Shown here: positions 12,605 to 27,560 of the stretch, piece after piece | How positions within the stretch are numbered: position 1 is the stretch's first letter | Layout: each line of letters begins with the position of its first letter | Assembly: GCA_964016885.1 (NCBI GenBank) | Contig: OZ024754.1 | Location: 14,198,001 to 14,262,000, forward strand | DNA length: 64,000 nt | Reading direction: 5' to 3' | Source: Eledone cirrhosa | Taxonomy: Eukaryota | The notes under the pieces: model-generated | Databases searched by the model: none | The model's input: only the letters and a program-made list of their open reading frames with translations | What the model was told of the DNA's origin: nothing | Made by a program: the position numbers and the translations under genes

Positions 12605-12697
12605 ATTTTGTTCACTTTATCTTTGATGGGACCATTTCTGGCTAGCTCAATCGCTTCTTTTAAACTTTTGGCTAAGTGAGCTCCTTCAGGGGGATTC
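12574..12697 (-). CDS. DHFR: Dihydrofolate reductase exon 4
   Basis: 124 nt. NPPEGAHLAKSLKEAIELARNGPIKDKVNKIFIIGGSAVYQ|GTAAGT contains the IIGG..VY motif. Confidence 0.95.
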
Positions 12698-12794
12698 CTG
12701 GGAATAGAAAAAAGAAGGGGTCAACATGACATATCATCATTATCAGCAGCACTTCTTTTCTGTTAAGTGGTTGAATTAGAAATCATTATTAACC

Positions 12795-12980
12795 AGGTGG
12801 ATTGGCAGTATCGGTAGAGGGTCGGACGCCATGCTTTCCAGCATAGTTACGTCCCTTTACGATCTGAGTTCAAATCCCGCCGAGGTTGATTTTGCCTTTC
12901 ATCCTTACGGGGTCGATAAAATAAAGTACCAGTAATGTACTGGGTAATTGATGGCCTTGTGCCAAAAGTAGAAACAATTA
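12795..12980 (+). mobile_element. tRNA-derived SINE (representative copy of the dominant family)
   Basis: A box TGGCAGTATCGG, B box GAGTTCAAATCC, central GCCTTTCATCCTTACGGGGTCGATAAA, (ATT)n tail. Other copies near 11050-11585, 17940-18090, 18430-18810, 28222-28370 and 53770-53895. Confidence 0.85.
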
Positions 12981-13371
12981 TTAACCATTGCCATTATCAT
13001 AACCACCACCCCATCATCATATTTATCATCACCACCACCACCCCCATCATATTTATCACCACCACCACCCCATCATCATATTTATCATCACCACCACCAC
13101 CCCCATCATATTTATCATCACCACCACCCCCATCATATTTATCATCACCACCCCCCCATCATATTTATCATCACCACCACCCCCAACATTACTATCACCA
13201 CCACCACCACCCCCATCATTACTATCACCCCCCCCCCCATCATCATCACCATTATGGATTTCAATCAACTGTTACTAGCAGGAAAAGCAGATTTAAATGA
13301 TTATGGTGAAGAACTCCTTTTTAAATGAATGTAATGTGGTTCAATACTCAACAACTTTCACCTGATAATCA

Positions 13372-14056
13372 TGAGAGAGAGAGAGGGTAGAAAGAGGGGG
13401 AGGGACAGAGATGGAGAAAGAGAGAGAGTAGTGGAGGGTGAGAGAGAGAGTAGTGGAGGGTAAGAGAGAGAGAGAGAGAGTAATGGAGGGTAAGAGAGAG
13501 AGAGAGAGAGTAATGGAGGGTAAGAGAGTAATAGAGGGTAAGAGAGTAATAGAGGGTAAGAGAGAGAGAGAGAGTAATGGAGGGTAAGAGAGAGAGAGAG
13601 AGTAATGGAGGGTAAGAGAGAGAGAGAGTAATGGAGGGTAAGAGAGACAGAGAGAGTAATGGAGGGTAAGAGAGACAGAGAGAGAGAGAGTAATGGAGGG
13701 TAAGAGAGAGAGAGAGAGAGTAATGGAGGGTAAGAGAGTAATAGAGGGTAAGAGAGTAATAGAGGGTAAGAGAGAGAGAGAGAGTAATGGAGGGTGAGAG
13801 AGAGTAATGGAGGGTAAGAGAGAGAGAGAGAGTAATGGAGGGTAAGAGAGAGAGAGAGTAATGGAGGGTAAGAGAGACAGAGAGAGTAATGGAGGGTAAG
13901 AGAGACAGAGAGAGAGAGAGTAATGGAGGGTAAGAGAGAGAGAGAGCGTAATGGAGGGTAAGTGAGAGAGAGAGAGAGTAATGGAGGGTAAGAGAGAGAG
14001 AGAGAGAGAGTAATGGAGGGTGAGAGAGAGAGAGTAATGGAGGGTAAGAGGAGAGT
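13372..14056. repeat. Purine-rich compound minisatellite (GA)n-GTAATGGAGGGTAA in DHFR intron 3
   Basis: Directly visible; it abuts the exon-3 donor. Confidence 0.9.
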
Positions 14057-14062
14057 TACTCA

Positions 14063-15370
<1,308 letters not shown>

Positions 15371-15642
15371 ATGACAGGTACAACACATTTTTCTGTCAGG
15401 AGAGTGAACTGGAGCAATGGAAAATAAATTGTCTTGCTCAAGGATACAACACATCACCTGGTCTGGGAATCGAACATACAACCTCGGAGGGGAAAAAAGA
15501 AATGATTGTTAGAATAAGTAACAAACAGAAAATACTGGTGAGGGTTATGGTCTTGATAGTGATACTCCAGCATGGCTGGTCTAATGACACTGAAACCAAT
15601 CAAAAAGAAAGAAACAAACAAAAATAGCCATAAAGATCTTAC

Positions 15643-15692
15643 CTGGATCATTCGACTTTTTAGTAATGTGTGAAAAGAAGGCCATTTCTTTC
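15643..15692 (-). CDS. DHFR: Dihydrofolate reductase exon 2
   Basis: 50 nt. ttttAG|G KEMAFFSHITKKSNDP G|GTAAG carries the catalytic Glu (human E30 equivalent). Confidence 0.95.
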
Positions 15693-16447
15693 CTAAAACA
15701 GAAGAAAACAGCAATTTTTAGTTCGGGGGAAAAACAAAAAAAAGCAATAGGTATTATAGACACAATGATAATAAATGTCTTGTGACTTTTAATTATTTAA
15801 ATTATGAAGAAATAAAAAACAAATAATTTCAGGCTTTGAAGGTCAGATTCGTTCGAAACATTAAAAAACATAAAAAAGATTTTAATGAAATCTCCGCGGG
15901 AAACTCCCACTTCAGCTCCTCCTTCCCGCTCCAATATCTGAAAAAACAGGGAATTTCCGATGGGTTTGGATTCAGAAAAAAAAATCCACCTGAACCGAAT
16001 GTAAAAATGTACCGTAATAAAAAAAAATGTGCTGGTCATAAGTGGAACGTCTTTGATGACGAAGTATTTTTTAGTTTCATAGATTGCCTTTCTTCCACAC
16101 CAATCAGTTCATTTATTTAAGATTGTTTTAACGACGGCGTGATTTAATAGTTTTTCTATGGATTAGAACAGTTAAGGGTGAGGATTAAGGGCTAATTTTT
16201 CATCTATAAACAATTTAAATGGAATAATTTTGTTGCCAAAACAAGATTTCTCCAGATGATTTTTCGCGATAGAAATGCCATGCAAAATATTACATATAAT
16301 TATATATTTTAAAATGAGATTACTACATTGTCATATGATTTAATTAAAATTCTCGCCTCATAAAATCAACTGACATTTATTGAAATACAATATATTTACT
16401 TTGGTGTCTCGGAGACGGATGCGAAATAAAAAATTCCCTTTACTTAC

Positions 16448-16563
16448 TTCAATCTCCATGGAATTTTGTTTTTATAACCAATACCTCTGTTCTTACACAT
16501 AGCAACGATCAAATTCAATTTACAACCATTCATCGCATTATGGACACCGTTCATCTCTGACAT
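16448..16563 (-). CDS. DHFR: Dihydrofolate reductase exon 1, proximal copy (gives a 195-aa protein)
   Basis: MSEMNGVHNAMNGCKLNLIVAMCKNRGIGYKNKIPWRL AA|GTAAGTAA, phase 2. Not in the supplied ORF track. Confidence 0.92.
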
Positions 16564-17539
16564 TTTAACAGGTGCACTGTTTTTTCGCGCCTCCACTCGA
16601 TTACAGTTCCTCTATCACTTTGTATATGTTTGTAAGTATATGTCTTTCTCTCCCCTGTTTCGCGCCATTTCATTTGTCTGTTTTACTTCCTCTTTCAACT
16701 GTGAGAGTTTCTATTTTAAAGGGAATTAACTCTATTTTCTTATATAAAGAGTTACGTTCCTTTGCATAAACGAAACCCGATTGATTTACGCTTTCGGGTG
16801 ATTTCTGTTTCGAACGAGGTGTTCTGGTTTAACCCGCAGTTAACAACATAAATAACTGATCGAGTAGACCAGACTTGGGCAACCCTTTTTTCGAGCAGTG
16901 GGCTGCATATGATGTGGTTAAGATCCAGAGGTAGACCCCTGGGCGAGATGGCTGGATAACATCCATGAGCTTGGCTGATGTCGTTTCAGGATCCAGCCGG
17001 ATCAATTGGAACTGGTTGCTTCTGAGAGGACCTGCTGGAAGGAGTGTTTGAGGATTCTGTTCCAGCCGTTACCGTCCAAACCTTTTGTTTATCAGAGACT
17101 ACATGGCTAATGTACTGTTCGCCGGCACAACTGACGGTGACCGATCCAAAGGATATAACCATGAATGTGTTTAAAATGTATTCTTCGAAAGCCTTCATCC
17201 CCGTCACTTATCTTTGGTACACGTTAACAGGTAGAATATTAGTGATATAAAACCAGACCCGTTACCAGGCTTAGGTACTCAGGAAGTTAGGGGCATCATA
17301 ATATTCTGGCTGGGCATTCTTTTGTAAGACGTATTTCAGGACATTTCTTTTATAAATCTGAAGATGCACAATTGAAAAATGATTGCGGTGCCATTCTTTG
17401 CCCCTTTCCCCTCACACATTGGCGACGGGATTGTATAAAAGTAACCTTTGGAGAAAAGTTGCTGGTGTCACCTTATTTTGAAAATATTCATCGTAATATA
17501 TGTCTTTTTTTTTTTATTGAAAGAACGAAAGTATTTGAT

Positions 17540-17935
17540 ATTGACAAATTCTCCACCCTGTCGGACAAAAACCTTACCCCACCACATTAATTCCCCACCC
17601 TATCGGACAAAAACCTCACCACCACCGGACAAATTCCCCACCCTGTCGGACAAATTCCCCATCCTGTCGGACAAAATCCTCACTCCACCGGACAAATTCC
17701 CCACCCTATCGGTCAAAAACCTCACCCCACCGTACACATTTCCCACTCTATCGGATAAAAACCTCACCCCACCGGACAAATCCCTCACCTTATCGGACAA
17801 AAACCTCACCCCACTGTACAAATACCCCACCCTATCGGACAAAAACCTCACCCCACCGGACAAATTCCCCACCCAATCGGACAAAACCTCACCCACCGTA
17901 CAAATTTCCCACCCTATCGGACAAAAACCTCACCA
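17540..17935. repeat. C-rich minisatellite of about 41 bp, built from two related halves
   Basis: Unit approximately tcggacaaaaacctcaccccaccggacaaattccccaccct. Confidence 0.85.
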
Positions 17936-19198
17936 TGCCTTACAGCATAGAGTTACGGCCCTTTATGGTCTGAGTTCAAATCCCGCCGAGGTTAACTTTG
18001 CCTTTCATCCTTACGGGGTCGATAAAATAAAGTACCAGTAATGCACTGGGATAATTGCTAGCCTAGTGCCCAAAGTAGAAACAATTATAACCAGACTACA
18101 AAATATATTTTAACCAACTAATTATAAATAATTTTTACGTAAATTACGAAATACACTTTACAAAACACATTTTAATGTTTATGTTATTTATTCGTTGTAC
18201 TAATGTCTCATTGAAATCGAAAAAGGTTTAGTGTTTAGGGTGTTCGATTTATGACCAAAATTTTGTTTGTTCGGTTCCTGGACCGGACTGTGTGTTGTGT
18301 TCTTGTGCAAAACACTTCATTTCACGTTGTTTCAGTATATTTCGCTGAAAATTAGTACCAGTAGTAGCCGAGGGGGAGGGGTTCTCAAGTATATAGCGAA
18401 CACAAGGTCAGATGTTCCCAATGAATGTAAAACAATGGTTTCTGATTTAGGCACAAGGCCAGACATTTTTTGGGAGGGGAAAGTCGATTAAATCGACGCC
18501 AGTGCGTGACTGGTACTTTATTTTATCGACCCTGTAAGGATGAAAGCAAAGTTAACCTCGGCGGGATTTGAACTCAGACTGTAAAGGGACGTAACTATGC
18601 CGCTAAGCTTGCCGTTTGTCGATCTACCAATACTTGTTTCTACTTTAGGCACAAGGCCAGCAATTACCCAGTGCATTACTGGTACTTACTTTTATCGACC
18701 CCGTAAGGATGAAAGGCAAAGTCAACCTCGGCGGGATTTGAACTCAGATCGTAAAGGGACGTAACTATGCTTGAAAGCATGGCGTCCGACCCTCTATCTA
18801 CCAATACTGTCACATAATAACATTTCAGCTAAAATACGAAACTAAAAGTACTGTCACTAATTTCATCGTCGTTGTCTTGTTGAATTCATTTTCATTTCTT
18901 ATTGTATCAATATGGAAAAATAACCGAGAGAAAGATACGTAGCAATATATCCGAGCGTGTTAGGGACCTTCTAATTTTGATAATTCCTGTTTGATAACAT
19001 TATCAATGATTGTAATAAGCGGCTTCCACTGTATTATCAATCTATCGACTTATACAAACGTATTTACACGCACGCACACACACATACATACACACATATA
19101 TATGCAGATACACGGACACACATATGCACACACACATATATACATGCACACACACGCACACACACACACACACTCACACACATCTTCAATTTACTTAC

Positions 19199-19353
19199 GG
19201 TAAATTCCATGGTAATTCGTTTTTGTAACCGATACCTCTGTTTTTACACATAGCTGCAATCGGATATAGCTTGACAGATTTCTTTGTATCATTAGTTGCA
19301 TCTAATCCATTCATGTTTAACAAAATTGTTTCAGTCCTATTCTGTCCGTACAT
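19199..19353 (-). CDS. DHFR: Dihydrofolate reductase exon 1, distal paralogous copy
   Basis: (MYGQNRTETILLN)MNGLDATNDTKKSVKLYPIAAMCKNRGIGYKNELPWNL CC|GTAAGTAA, phase 2. ATGs at 19353 and 19314. Confidence 0.8.
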
Positions 19354-19405
19354 AGTACCACCGCCTTCTTCCAATTTGTCGCTTTCTCTCGAATCACATG
19401 TTTTG

Positions 19406-19521
19406 TAATAAACAAATATTATAATAAACAAATATTATAATAAACAAATATTATAATAAACAAATATTATAATAAACAAATATTATAATAAACAAACTAT
19501 TGTAATAAACAAACTATTATA
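19406..19521. repeat. 19-bp AT-rich tandem repeat just upstream of the distal DHFR exon 1
   Basis: Unit taataaacaaatattataa, about 6 copies. Confidence 0.85.
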
Positions 19522-20026
19522 AAAAAGTAGGTTACATTTTATTACGCACTTATATCAGACATACATATAACATACACAACAGTTTAATAAACAGGATGAA
19601 TTTATCAAAATAGCTAAATAGAAAATAAATATGTATGATTTCTTGTCACAAGCAAGATTAAATGATTTGATCAAGAATTGTAAATGATGTGGTTCTTTAT
19701 TTTTATCGATTCAGAAGGACGAAAGTTCAAATGCAGAGAGCCAGAACTAATGCTGCAAAGCATTAGTTCTGGCCTTCTTACGATTCTGCCAATTCGATTA
19801 TAATTTATCAATTCTTCATGAAATCAAATTATTTGAAACTACTCTCAAGTTTTAACCACTTTCACCCTAGTTTTCATATTTTCTGTTGCATGACAGAAAC
19901 TTATTAGGATGAAAGGAAAAGCTAACCTCGGTATTAGCTTTTCCTTTCATGGCGTACCAGGAACGCACTGGGATCGATTTAATCAACTTCTCTTCCCCCC
20001 CCCCCCCCCAAATTGTTGGCTTAGTG

Positions 20027-20820
20027 CAGGGTTTCCCAACCTTTTTTTCAGCTAGCGCCCTCTTTGGGTGCGACTTTTTGTCAGCCCCCCCCCCCCCCCC
20101 CCGTCAAATTAAATTTCAAATAAGATACTGAAATCATCTTACATTGAAAATAAACACTTAGGTATTAGTACAAAAGTAATTTTAATATTGTCTTAATTTT
20201 CCAAAGCCCCCAAAAGTGTTTTTAGCTGAGGTGTAATTTTATAATTAAAACAAATTCAAAATTTAAATTTCGGAACATAAGACTTACTACGTATCTGGTG
20301 AATGGCTGCAGTTGAAATGGGTACACAACCTAAAACAAATGTGTGTGTGTGTGTGTGTGTGGTTGGGCCTTTAATCACTAGGGGTCAATTTAAGTTCAAT
20401 CGAAGAAAGGAATTCAAAACAGCAACACACTCACATAGACGCAATCATATACATACAAACATACACATACCAGCCACTCCCAAAAGCCAGTTTCATCCAA
20501 AATTCTGATCACCATTCTTTCAAACAAATACACACATTCAGCTTTTAGCTTTTATTCATTCTTTTTTTTTCTTTTAGTCGTCTCTCACCATTCATTTGTT
20601 TTTTGTTTTTGTTTAGCGACACCAGTTGCAGGAATTCGCTTGGTGTCGCCAAAGTAGAAAAGTGTTTTTTTAATTTTTGAAAATTTGAAAGAAAAAGATT
20701 TGAAAGAAACAAATGGCTAAATAGCCACCGTCCACCTGAGTATATTCATCACCCTCCCCATGAAATATAAACTCCCAGCGCCCCCTTTCAACACAACAGC
20801 GCCCACGTTGGGAAACACTG
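20027..20820. mobile_element. Non-autonomous hAT DNA transposon (794 bp) inserted in a SINE
   Basis: TIRs CAGGGTTTCCCAAC / GTTGGGAAACACTG. Perfect 8-bp TSD GCTTAGTG at 20019-20026 and 20821-20828. Confidence 0.85.
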
Positions 20821-21882
20821 GCTTAGTGCCTTCATCAGAAACCATTATAGAACACACTCAAAAGATTTAGATGATCATCATCATCATTCTTCGACTACTG
20901 TCGATATGATGGATCTCACTCTCATGCCCCAGAATTCCCTGTCCCCCATCGCTGCCCCCAGGTCCTGTCTACTGATTCCCGTATCCCTAGAGATCATTAT
21001 GATCAGAAACAGGACCCGGGAAAGCAGGGGCTGGACCTATATCAACAGGTATACCATATAGTGTGGTTCCCTGAGGAACAGGAACCCTGGTGCAGTTAGT
21101 TGCGAAATCCATCATCTTTTCAAATAGCTAATAATGTGTGTGGGCGCCACTACTACACACATGTGAAAGAATTTGACAGCCAAGTCTTGAAGAAGGTGCT
21201 TTCTCCTCCGTGTGGTGGGTTACCCGGCGCCAGATACCAACCTGGCATTTATACCCTCGCCCTAATTGTTTGTGTTGCACTAGAGTAGTCGCTAACCAAA
21301 GCTACGGACCCACTCTATCCGTCTGGAGATACGTTGTACTAGCTTATCAGCATACTAGTAGCAGGAAGTAACGTCAGGAAATGTGACTTTTCCGGCACTG
21401 CAGCGCCTTTCGGCGGGCCGTGCTGGTTTTAGATGGCCATTGACTCCAAGAGCTCTAAGAGTTCCCAGGAGTTCCTTTGCCCTTTGACAAGTTTTGTTTT
21501 TAGTCCTGCAGGATGTCCAAAGTCACCCTCCTCACCAAGAAATCTTGGTGGGGTTGCCAGTTTAGTCGCCAACGACCCGACCATGAGACAGGTTGTACTG
21601 GGATACATGTTACCAGTAGCACCAACTGGTGACCTGACGTAGATGAAAGATGGTGGTTGGTATAGAGATTTATCTTATAATTGAAATAGGATTTATTTTA
21701 ATTATTTCTTTTTTTGCCGGTGTTTATAAAATAAGTTACCAGCCAAATATTAGGATTTTATAATAAATTACGTGACCCCTCCCCCTTCATCTAAATATCT
21801 GGCTTTTTGCTTGTTAGAAATTACTTTAATCTAATATTCAACTATTTCTACTCAGGTCCATGTAAAGCTGGTAATAGCCCTA

Positions 21883-24800
21883 AACCAGATGTGAAATGTA
21901 CGTCTCCAAAGTTACTAACAGGTCAAGGCCAGATGTGAAATATACGTTTCCAAAGTTAGTAACAGGTCCAGGCCAGATGTGAAATATACGTCTCCAAAGT
22001 TAGTAACAGGTTCAGGCCAGATGTGAAATGTACGCTTCCAAAGTTAGTAACAGGTCCAGGCCAGATGTGAAATATACGTCTCCAAAGTTAGTAATAGGTC
22101 CAGGCCAGATGTGAAATATACGTCTCTAAAGTTAGTAACAGGTCCAGGCCAGATGTGAAATGTACGTCTCCAAAGTTAGTAACAGGTCCAGGCCAGATGT
22201 GAAATATACGTCTCTAAAGTTAGTAACAGGTCCAGGCCAGATGTGAAATATACGCTTCCAAAGTTAGTAACAGGTCCAGGCCAGATGTGAAATATACGTC
22301 TCCAAAGTTAGTAACAGGTCCAGGCCAGATGTGAAATATACGCTTCCAAAGTTAGTAACAGGTTCAGGCCAGATGTGAAATGTACGCTTCCAAAGTTAGT
22401 AACAGGTCCAGGCCAGATGTGAAATATACGTCTCCAAAGTTAGTAACAGGTCCAGGCCAGATGTGAAATGTACGTTTCCAAAGTTAGTAACAGGTCCAGG
22501 CCAGATGTGAAATGTACGTTTCCAAAGTTAGTAACAGGTCCAGGCCAGATGTGAAATGTACGTTTCCAAAGTTAGTAACAGGTCCAGGCCAGATGTGAAA
22601 TGTACGTTTCCAAAGTTAGTAACAGGTCCAGGCCAGATGTGAAATATACGTCTCTAAAGTTAGTAACAGGTCCAGGCCAGATGTGAAATGTACGTTTCCA
22701 AAGTTAGTAACAGGTCCAGGCCAGATGTGAAATGTACGCTTCCAAAGTTAGTAACAGGTTCAGGCCAGATGTGAAATGTATGCTTCCAAAGTTAGTAACA
22801 GGTCCAGGTCAGATGTGAAATGTACGTCTCCAAAGTTAGTAACAGGTCCAGGCCAGATGTGAAATATACGTTTCCAAAGTTAGTAACAGGTCCAGGCCAG
22901 ATGTGAAATGTACGTCTCCAAAGTTAGTAACAGGTCCAGGCCAGATGTGAAATGTACGCTTCCAAAGCTAGTAACAGGTCCAGGCCAGATGTGAAATATA
23001 CGCTTCCAAAGTTAGTAACAGGTTCAGGCCAGATGTGAAATATACGCTTCCAAAGTTAGTAACAGGTCCGGGCCAGATGTGAAATGTACGCTTCCAAAGT
23101 TAGTAACAGGTCCAAGCCAGATGTGAAATGTACGCTTCCAAAGTTAGTAACAGGTCCAGGCCAGATGTGAAATGTACGTCTCCAAAGTTAGTAACAGGTC
23201 CAGGCCAGATGTGAAATATACGTCTCCAAAGTTAGTAACAGGTCCAGGCCAGATGTGAAATATACGTTTCCAAAGTTAGTAACAGGTCCAGGCCAGATGT
23301 GAAATATACGTCTCCAAAGTTAGTAACAGGTCCAGGCCAGATGTGAAATATACGTCTCTAAAGTTAGTAACAGGTCCAGGCCAGATGTGAAATATACGTC
23401 TCTAAAGTTAGTAACAGGTCCAGGCCAGATGTGAAATGTACGTCTCCAAAGTTAGTAACAGGTCCAGGCCAGATGTGAAATATACGTCTCCAAAGTTAGT
23501 AACAGGTCCAGGCCAGATGTGAAATATACGCTTCCAAAGTTAGTAACAGGTCCAGGCCAGATGTGAAATATACGTCTCCAAAGTTAGTAACAGGTCCAGG
23601 CCAGATGTGAAATATACGCTTCCAAAGTTAGTAACAGGTTCAGGCCAGATGTGAAATGTGCGCTTCCAAAGTTAGTAACAGGTCCAGGCCAGATGTGAAA
23701 TATACGTCTCCAAAGTTAGTAACAGGTCCAGGCCAGATGTGAAATGTACGTTTCCAAAGTTAGTAACAGGTCCAGGCCAGATGTGAAATGTACGTTTCCA
23801 AAGTTAGTAACAGGTCCAGGCCAGATGTGAAATGTACGTTTCCAAAGTTAGTAACAGGTCCAGGCCAGATGTGAAATGTACGTTTCCAAAGTTAGTAACA
23901 GGTCCAGGCCAGATGTGAAATATACGTCTCTAAAGTTAGTAACAGGTCCAGGCCAGATGTGAAATGTACGTTTCCAAAGTTAGTAACAGGTCCAGGCCAG
24001 ATGTGAAATGTACGCTTCCAAAGTTAGTAACAGGTTCAGGCCAGATGTGAAATGTATGCTTCCAAAGTTAGTAACAGGTCCAGGCCAGATGTGAAATGTA
24101 CGTCTCCAAAGTTAGTAACAGGTCCAGGCCAGATGTGAAATATACGTTTCCAAAGTTAGTAACAGGTCCAGGCCAGATGTGAAATGTACGTTTCCAAAGT
24201 TAGTAACAGGTCCAGGCCAGATGTGAAATATACGTCTCTAAAGTTAGTAACAGGTCCAGGCCAGATGTGAAATGTACGTCTCCAAAGTTAGTAACAGGTC
24301 CAGGCCAGATGTGAAATATACGTCTCTAAAGTTAGTAACAGGTCCAGGCCAGATGTGAAATATACGCTTCCAAAGTTAGTAACAGGTCCAGGCCAGATGT
24401 GAAATATACGTCTCCAAAGTTAGTAACAGGTCCAGGCCAGATGTGAAATATACGCTTCCAAAGTTAGTAACAGGTTCAGGCCAGATGTGAAATGTACGCT
24501 TCCAAAGTTAGTAACAGGTCCAGGCCAGATGTGAAATATACGTCTCCAAAGTTAGTAACAGGTCCAGGCCAGATGTGAAATGTACGTTTCCAAAGTTAGT
24601 AACAGGTCCAGGCCAGATGTGAAATGTACGTTTCCAAAGTTAGTAACAGGTCCAGGCCAGATGTGAAATGTACGTTTCCAAAGTTAGTAACAGGTCCAGG
24701 CCAGATGTGAAATGTACGTTTCCAAAGTTAGTAACAGGTCCAGGCCAGATGTGAAATATACGTCTCTAAAGTTAGTAACAGGTCCAGGCCAGATGTGAAA

Positions 24801-27560
24801 TGTACGTTTCCAAAGTTAGTAACAGGTCCAGGCCAGATGTGAAATGTACGCTTCCAAAGTTAGTAACAGGTTCAGGCCAGATGTGAAATGTATGCTTCCA
24901 AAGTTAGTAACAGGTCCAGGTCAGATGTGAAATGTACGTCTCCAAAGTTAGTAACAGGTCCAGGCCAGATGTGAAATATACGTTTCCAAAGTTAGTAACA
25001 GGTCCAGGCCAGATGTGAAATGTACGTCTCCAAAGTTAGTAACAGGTCCAGGCCAGATGTGAAATGTACGCTTCCAAAGCTAGTAACAGGTCCAGGCCAG
25101 ATGTGAAATATACGCTTCCAAAGTTAGTAACAGGTTCAGGCCAGATGTGAAATATACGCTTCCAAAGTTAGTAACAGGTCCGGGCCAGATGTGAAATGTA
25201 CGCTTCCAAAGTTAGTAACAGGTCCAAGCCAGATGTGAAATGTACGCTTCCAAAGTTAGTAACAGGTCCAGGCCAGATGTGAAATGTACGTCTCCAAAGT
25301 TAGTAACAGGTCCAGGCCAGATGTGAAATATACGTCTCCAAAGTTAGTAACAGGTCCAGGCCAGATGTGAAATATACGTTTCCAAAGTTAGTAACAGGTC
25401 CAGGCCAGATGTGAAATATACGTCTCCAAAGTTAGTAACAGGTCCAGGCCAGATGTGAAATATACGTCTCTAAAGTTAGTAACAGGTCCAGGCCAGATGT
25501 GAAATATACGTCTCTAAAGTTAGTAACAGGTCCAGGCCAGATGTGAAATGTACGTCTCCAAAGTTAGTAACAGGTCCAGGCCAGATGTGAAATATACGTC
25601 TCCAAAGTTAGTAACAGGTCCAGGCCAGATGTGAAATATACGCTTCCAAAGTTAGTAACAGGTCCAGGCCAGATGTGAAATATACGTCTCCAAAGTTAGT
25701 AACAGGTCCAGGCCAGATGTGAAATATACGCTTCCAAAGTTAGTAACAGGTTCAGGCCAGATGTGAAATGTGCGCTTCCAAAGTTAGTAACAGGTCCAGG
25801 CCAGATGTGAAATATACGTCTCCAAAGTTAGTAACAGGTCCAGGCCAGATGTGAAATGTACGTTTCCAAAGTTAGTAACAGGTCCAGGCCAGATGTGAAA
25901 TGTACGTTTCCAAAGTTAGTAACAGGTCCAGGCCAGATGTGAAATGTACGTTTCCAAAGTTAGTAACAGGTCCAGGCCAGATGTGAAATGTACGTTTCCA
26001 AAGTTAGTAACAGGTCCAGGCCAGATGTGAAATATACGTCTCTAAAGTTAGTAACAGGTCCAGGCCAGATGTGAAATGTACGTTTCCAAAGTTAGTAACA
26101 GGTCCAGGCCAGATGTGAAATGTACGCTTCCAAAGTTAGTAACAGGTTCAGGCCAGATGTGAAATGTATGCTTCCAAAGTTAGTAACAGGTCCAGGCCAG
26201 ATGTGAAATGTACGTCTCCAAAGTTAGTAACAGGTCCAGGCCAGATGTGAAATATACGTTTCCAAAGTTAGTAACAGGTCCAGGCCAGATGTGAAATGTA
26301 CGTCTCCAAAGTTAGTAACAGGTCCAGGCCAGATGTGAAATGTACGCTTCCAAAGCTAGTAACAGGTCCAGGCCAGATGTGAAATATACGCTTCCAAAGT
26401 TAGTAACAGGTTCAGGCCAGATGTGAAATATACGCTTCCAAAGTTAGTAACAGGTCCGGGCCAGATGTGAAATGTACGCTTCCAAAGTTAGTAACAGGTC
26501 CAGGCCAGATGTGAAATGTACGCTTCCAAAGTTAGTAACAGGTCCAGGCCAGATGTGAAATGTACGTCTCCAAAGTTAGTAACAGGTCCAGGCCAGATGT
26601 GAAATATACGTCTCCAAAGTTAGTAACAGGTCCAGGCCAGATGTGAAATATACGTTTCCAAAGTTAGTAACAGGTCCAGGCCAGATGTGAAATATACGTC
26701 TCCAAAGTTAGTAACAGGTCCAGGCCAGATGTGAAATATACGTCTCTAAAGTTAGTAACAGGTCCAGGCCAGATGTGAAATGTACGCTTCCAAAGTTAGT
26801 AACAGGTCCAGGCCAGATGTGAAATGTGCGTCTCTAAAGTTAGTAACAGGTCCAGGCCAGATGTGAAATGTACGTCTCTAAAGTTAGTAACAGGTCCAGG
26901 CCAGATGTGAAATGTACGCTTCCAAAGTTAGTAACAGGTCCAGGCCAGATGTGAAATGTACGCTTCCAAAGTTAGTAACAGGTCCAGGCCAGATGTGAAA
27001 TATACGCTTCCAAAGTTAGTAACAGGTCCAGGCCAGATGTGAAATATACGTCTCCAAAGTTAGTAACAGGTCCAGGCCAGATGTGAAATGTACGCTTCCA
27101 AAGTTAGTAACAGGTCCAGGCCAGATGTGAAATGTACGCTTCCAAAGTTAGTAACAGGTCCAGGCCAGATGTGAAATGTACGTCTCTAAAGTTAGTAACA
27201 GGTCCAGGCCAGATGTGAAATGTACGCTTCCAAAGTTAGTAACAGGTCCAGGCCAGATGTGAAATATACGCTTCCAAAGTTAGTAACAGGTTCAGGCCAG
27301 ATGTGAAATATACGCTTCCAAAGTTAGTAACAGGTCCGGGCCAGATGTGAAATGTACGCTTCCAAAGTTAGTAACAGGTCCAGGCCAGATGTGAAATGTA
27401 CGTCTCCAAAGTTAGTAACAGGTCCAGGCCAGATGTGAGATACAGGCCCTGATGTAGGTAATAGGTCCAGGCCAGATGTGAAATGTAGGCCTTGGTGTAG
27501 GGAAAAGATACAGGCCAGGTGTGAAATGTAGGTAAAAGGTCCAGGCCAGATGTGAAATGT
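21883..27560. repeat. 44-bp satellite, about 126 copies plus degenerate ends, with higher-order structure
   Basis: Unit aaagttagtaacaggtccaggccagatgtgaaatRtacgYYtcY. Rare variants recur at 1276-bp and 2112-bp spacing. Confidence 0.97.

Noticed and set aside
12007-12615. 202-aa hydrophobic repeat ORF as a standalone membrane protein
   Set aside because: It is the read-through of DHFR exon 4 into the 60-bp array and has no ATG of its own.
12795-12885. tRNA gene (A and B boxes)
   Set aside because: No cloverleaf; continues into the SINE body and is multi-copy.
21100-21650. Possible 5' end of a non-LTR element with an HDV-like ribozyme
   Set aside because: GC-richer and structured-looking, but I could not assign the nested pseudoknot pairings by eye.
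21883-27560. CRISPR-like appearance of the 44-bp array
   Set aside because: No unique spacers (only 2-4 variable bases), no cas genes, and eukaryotic context.
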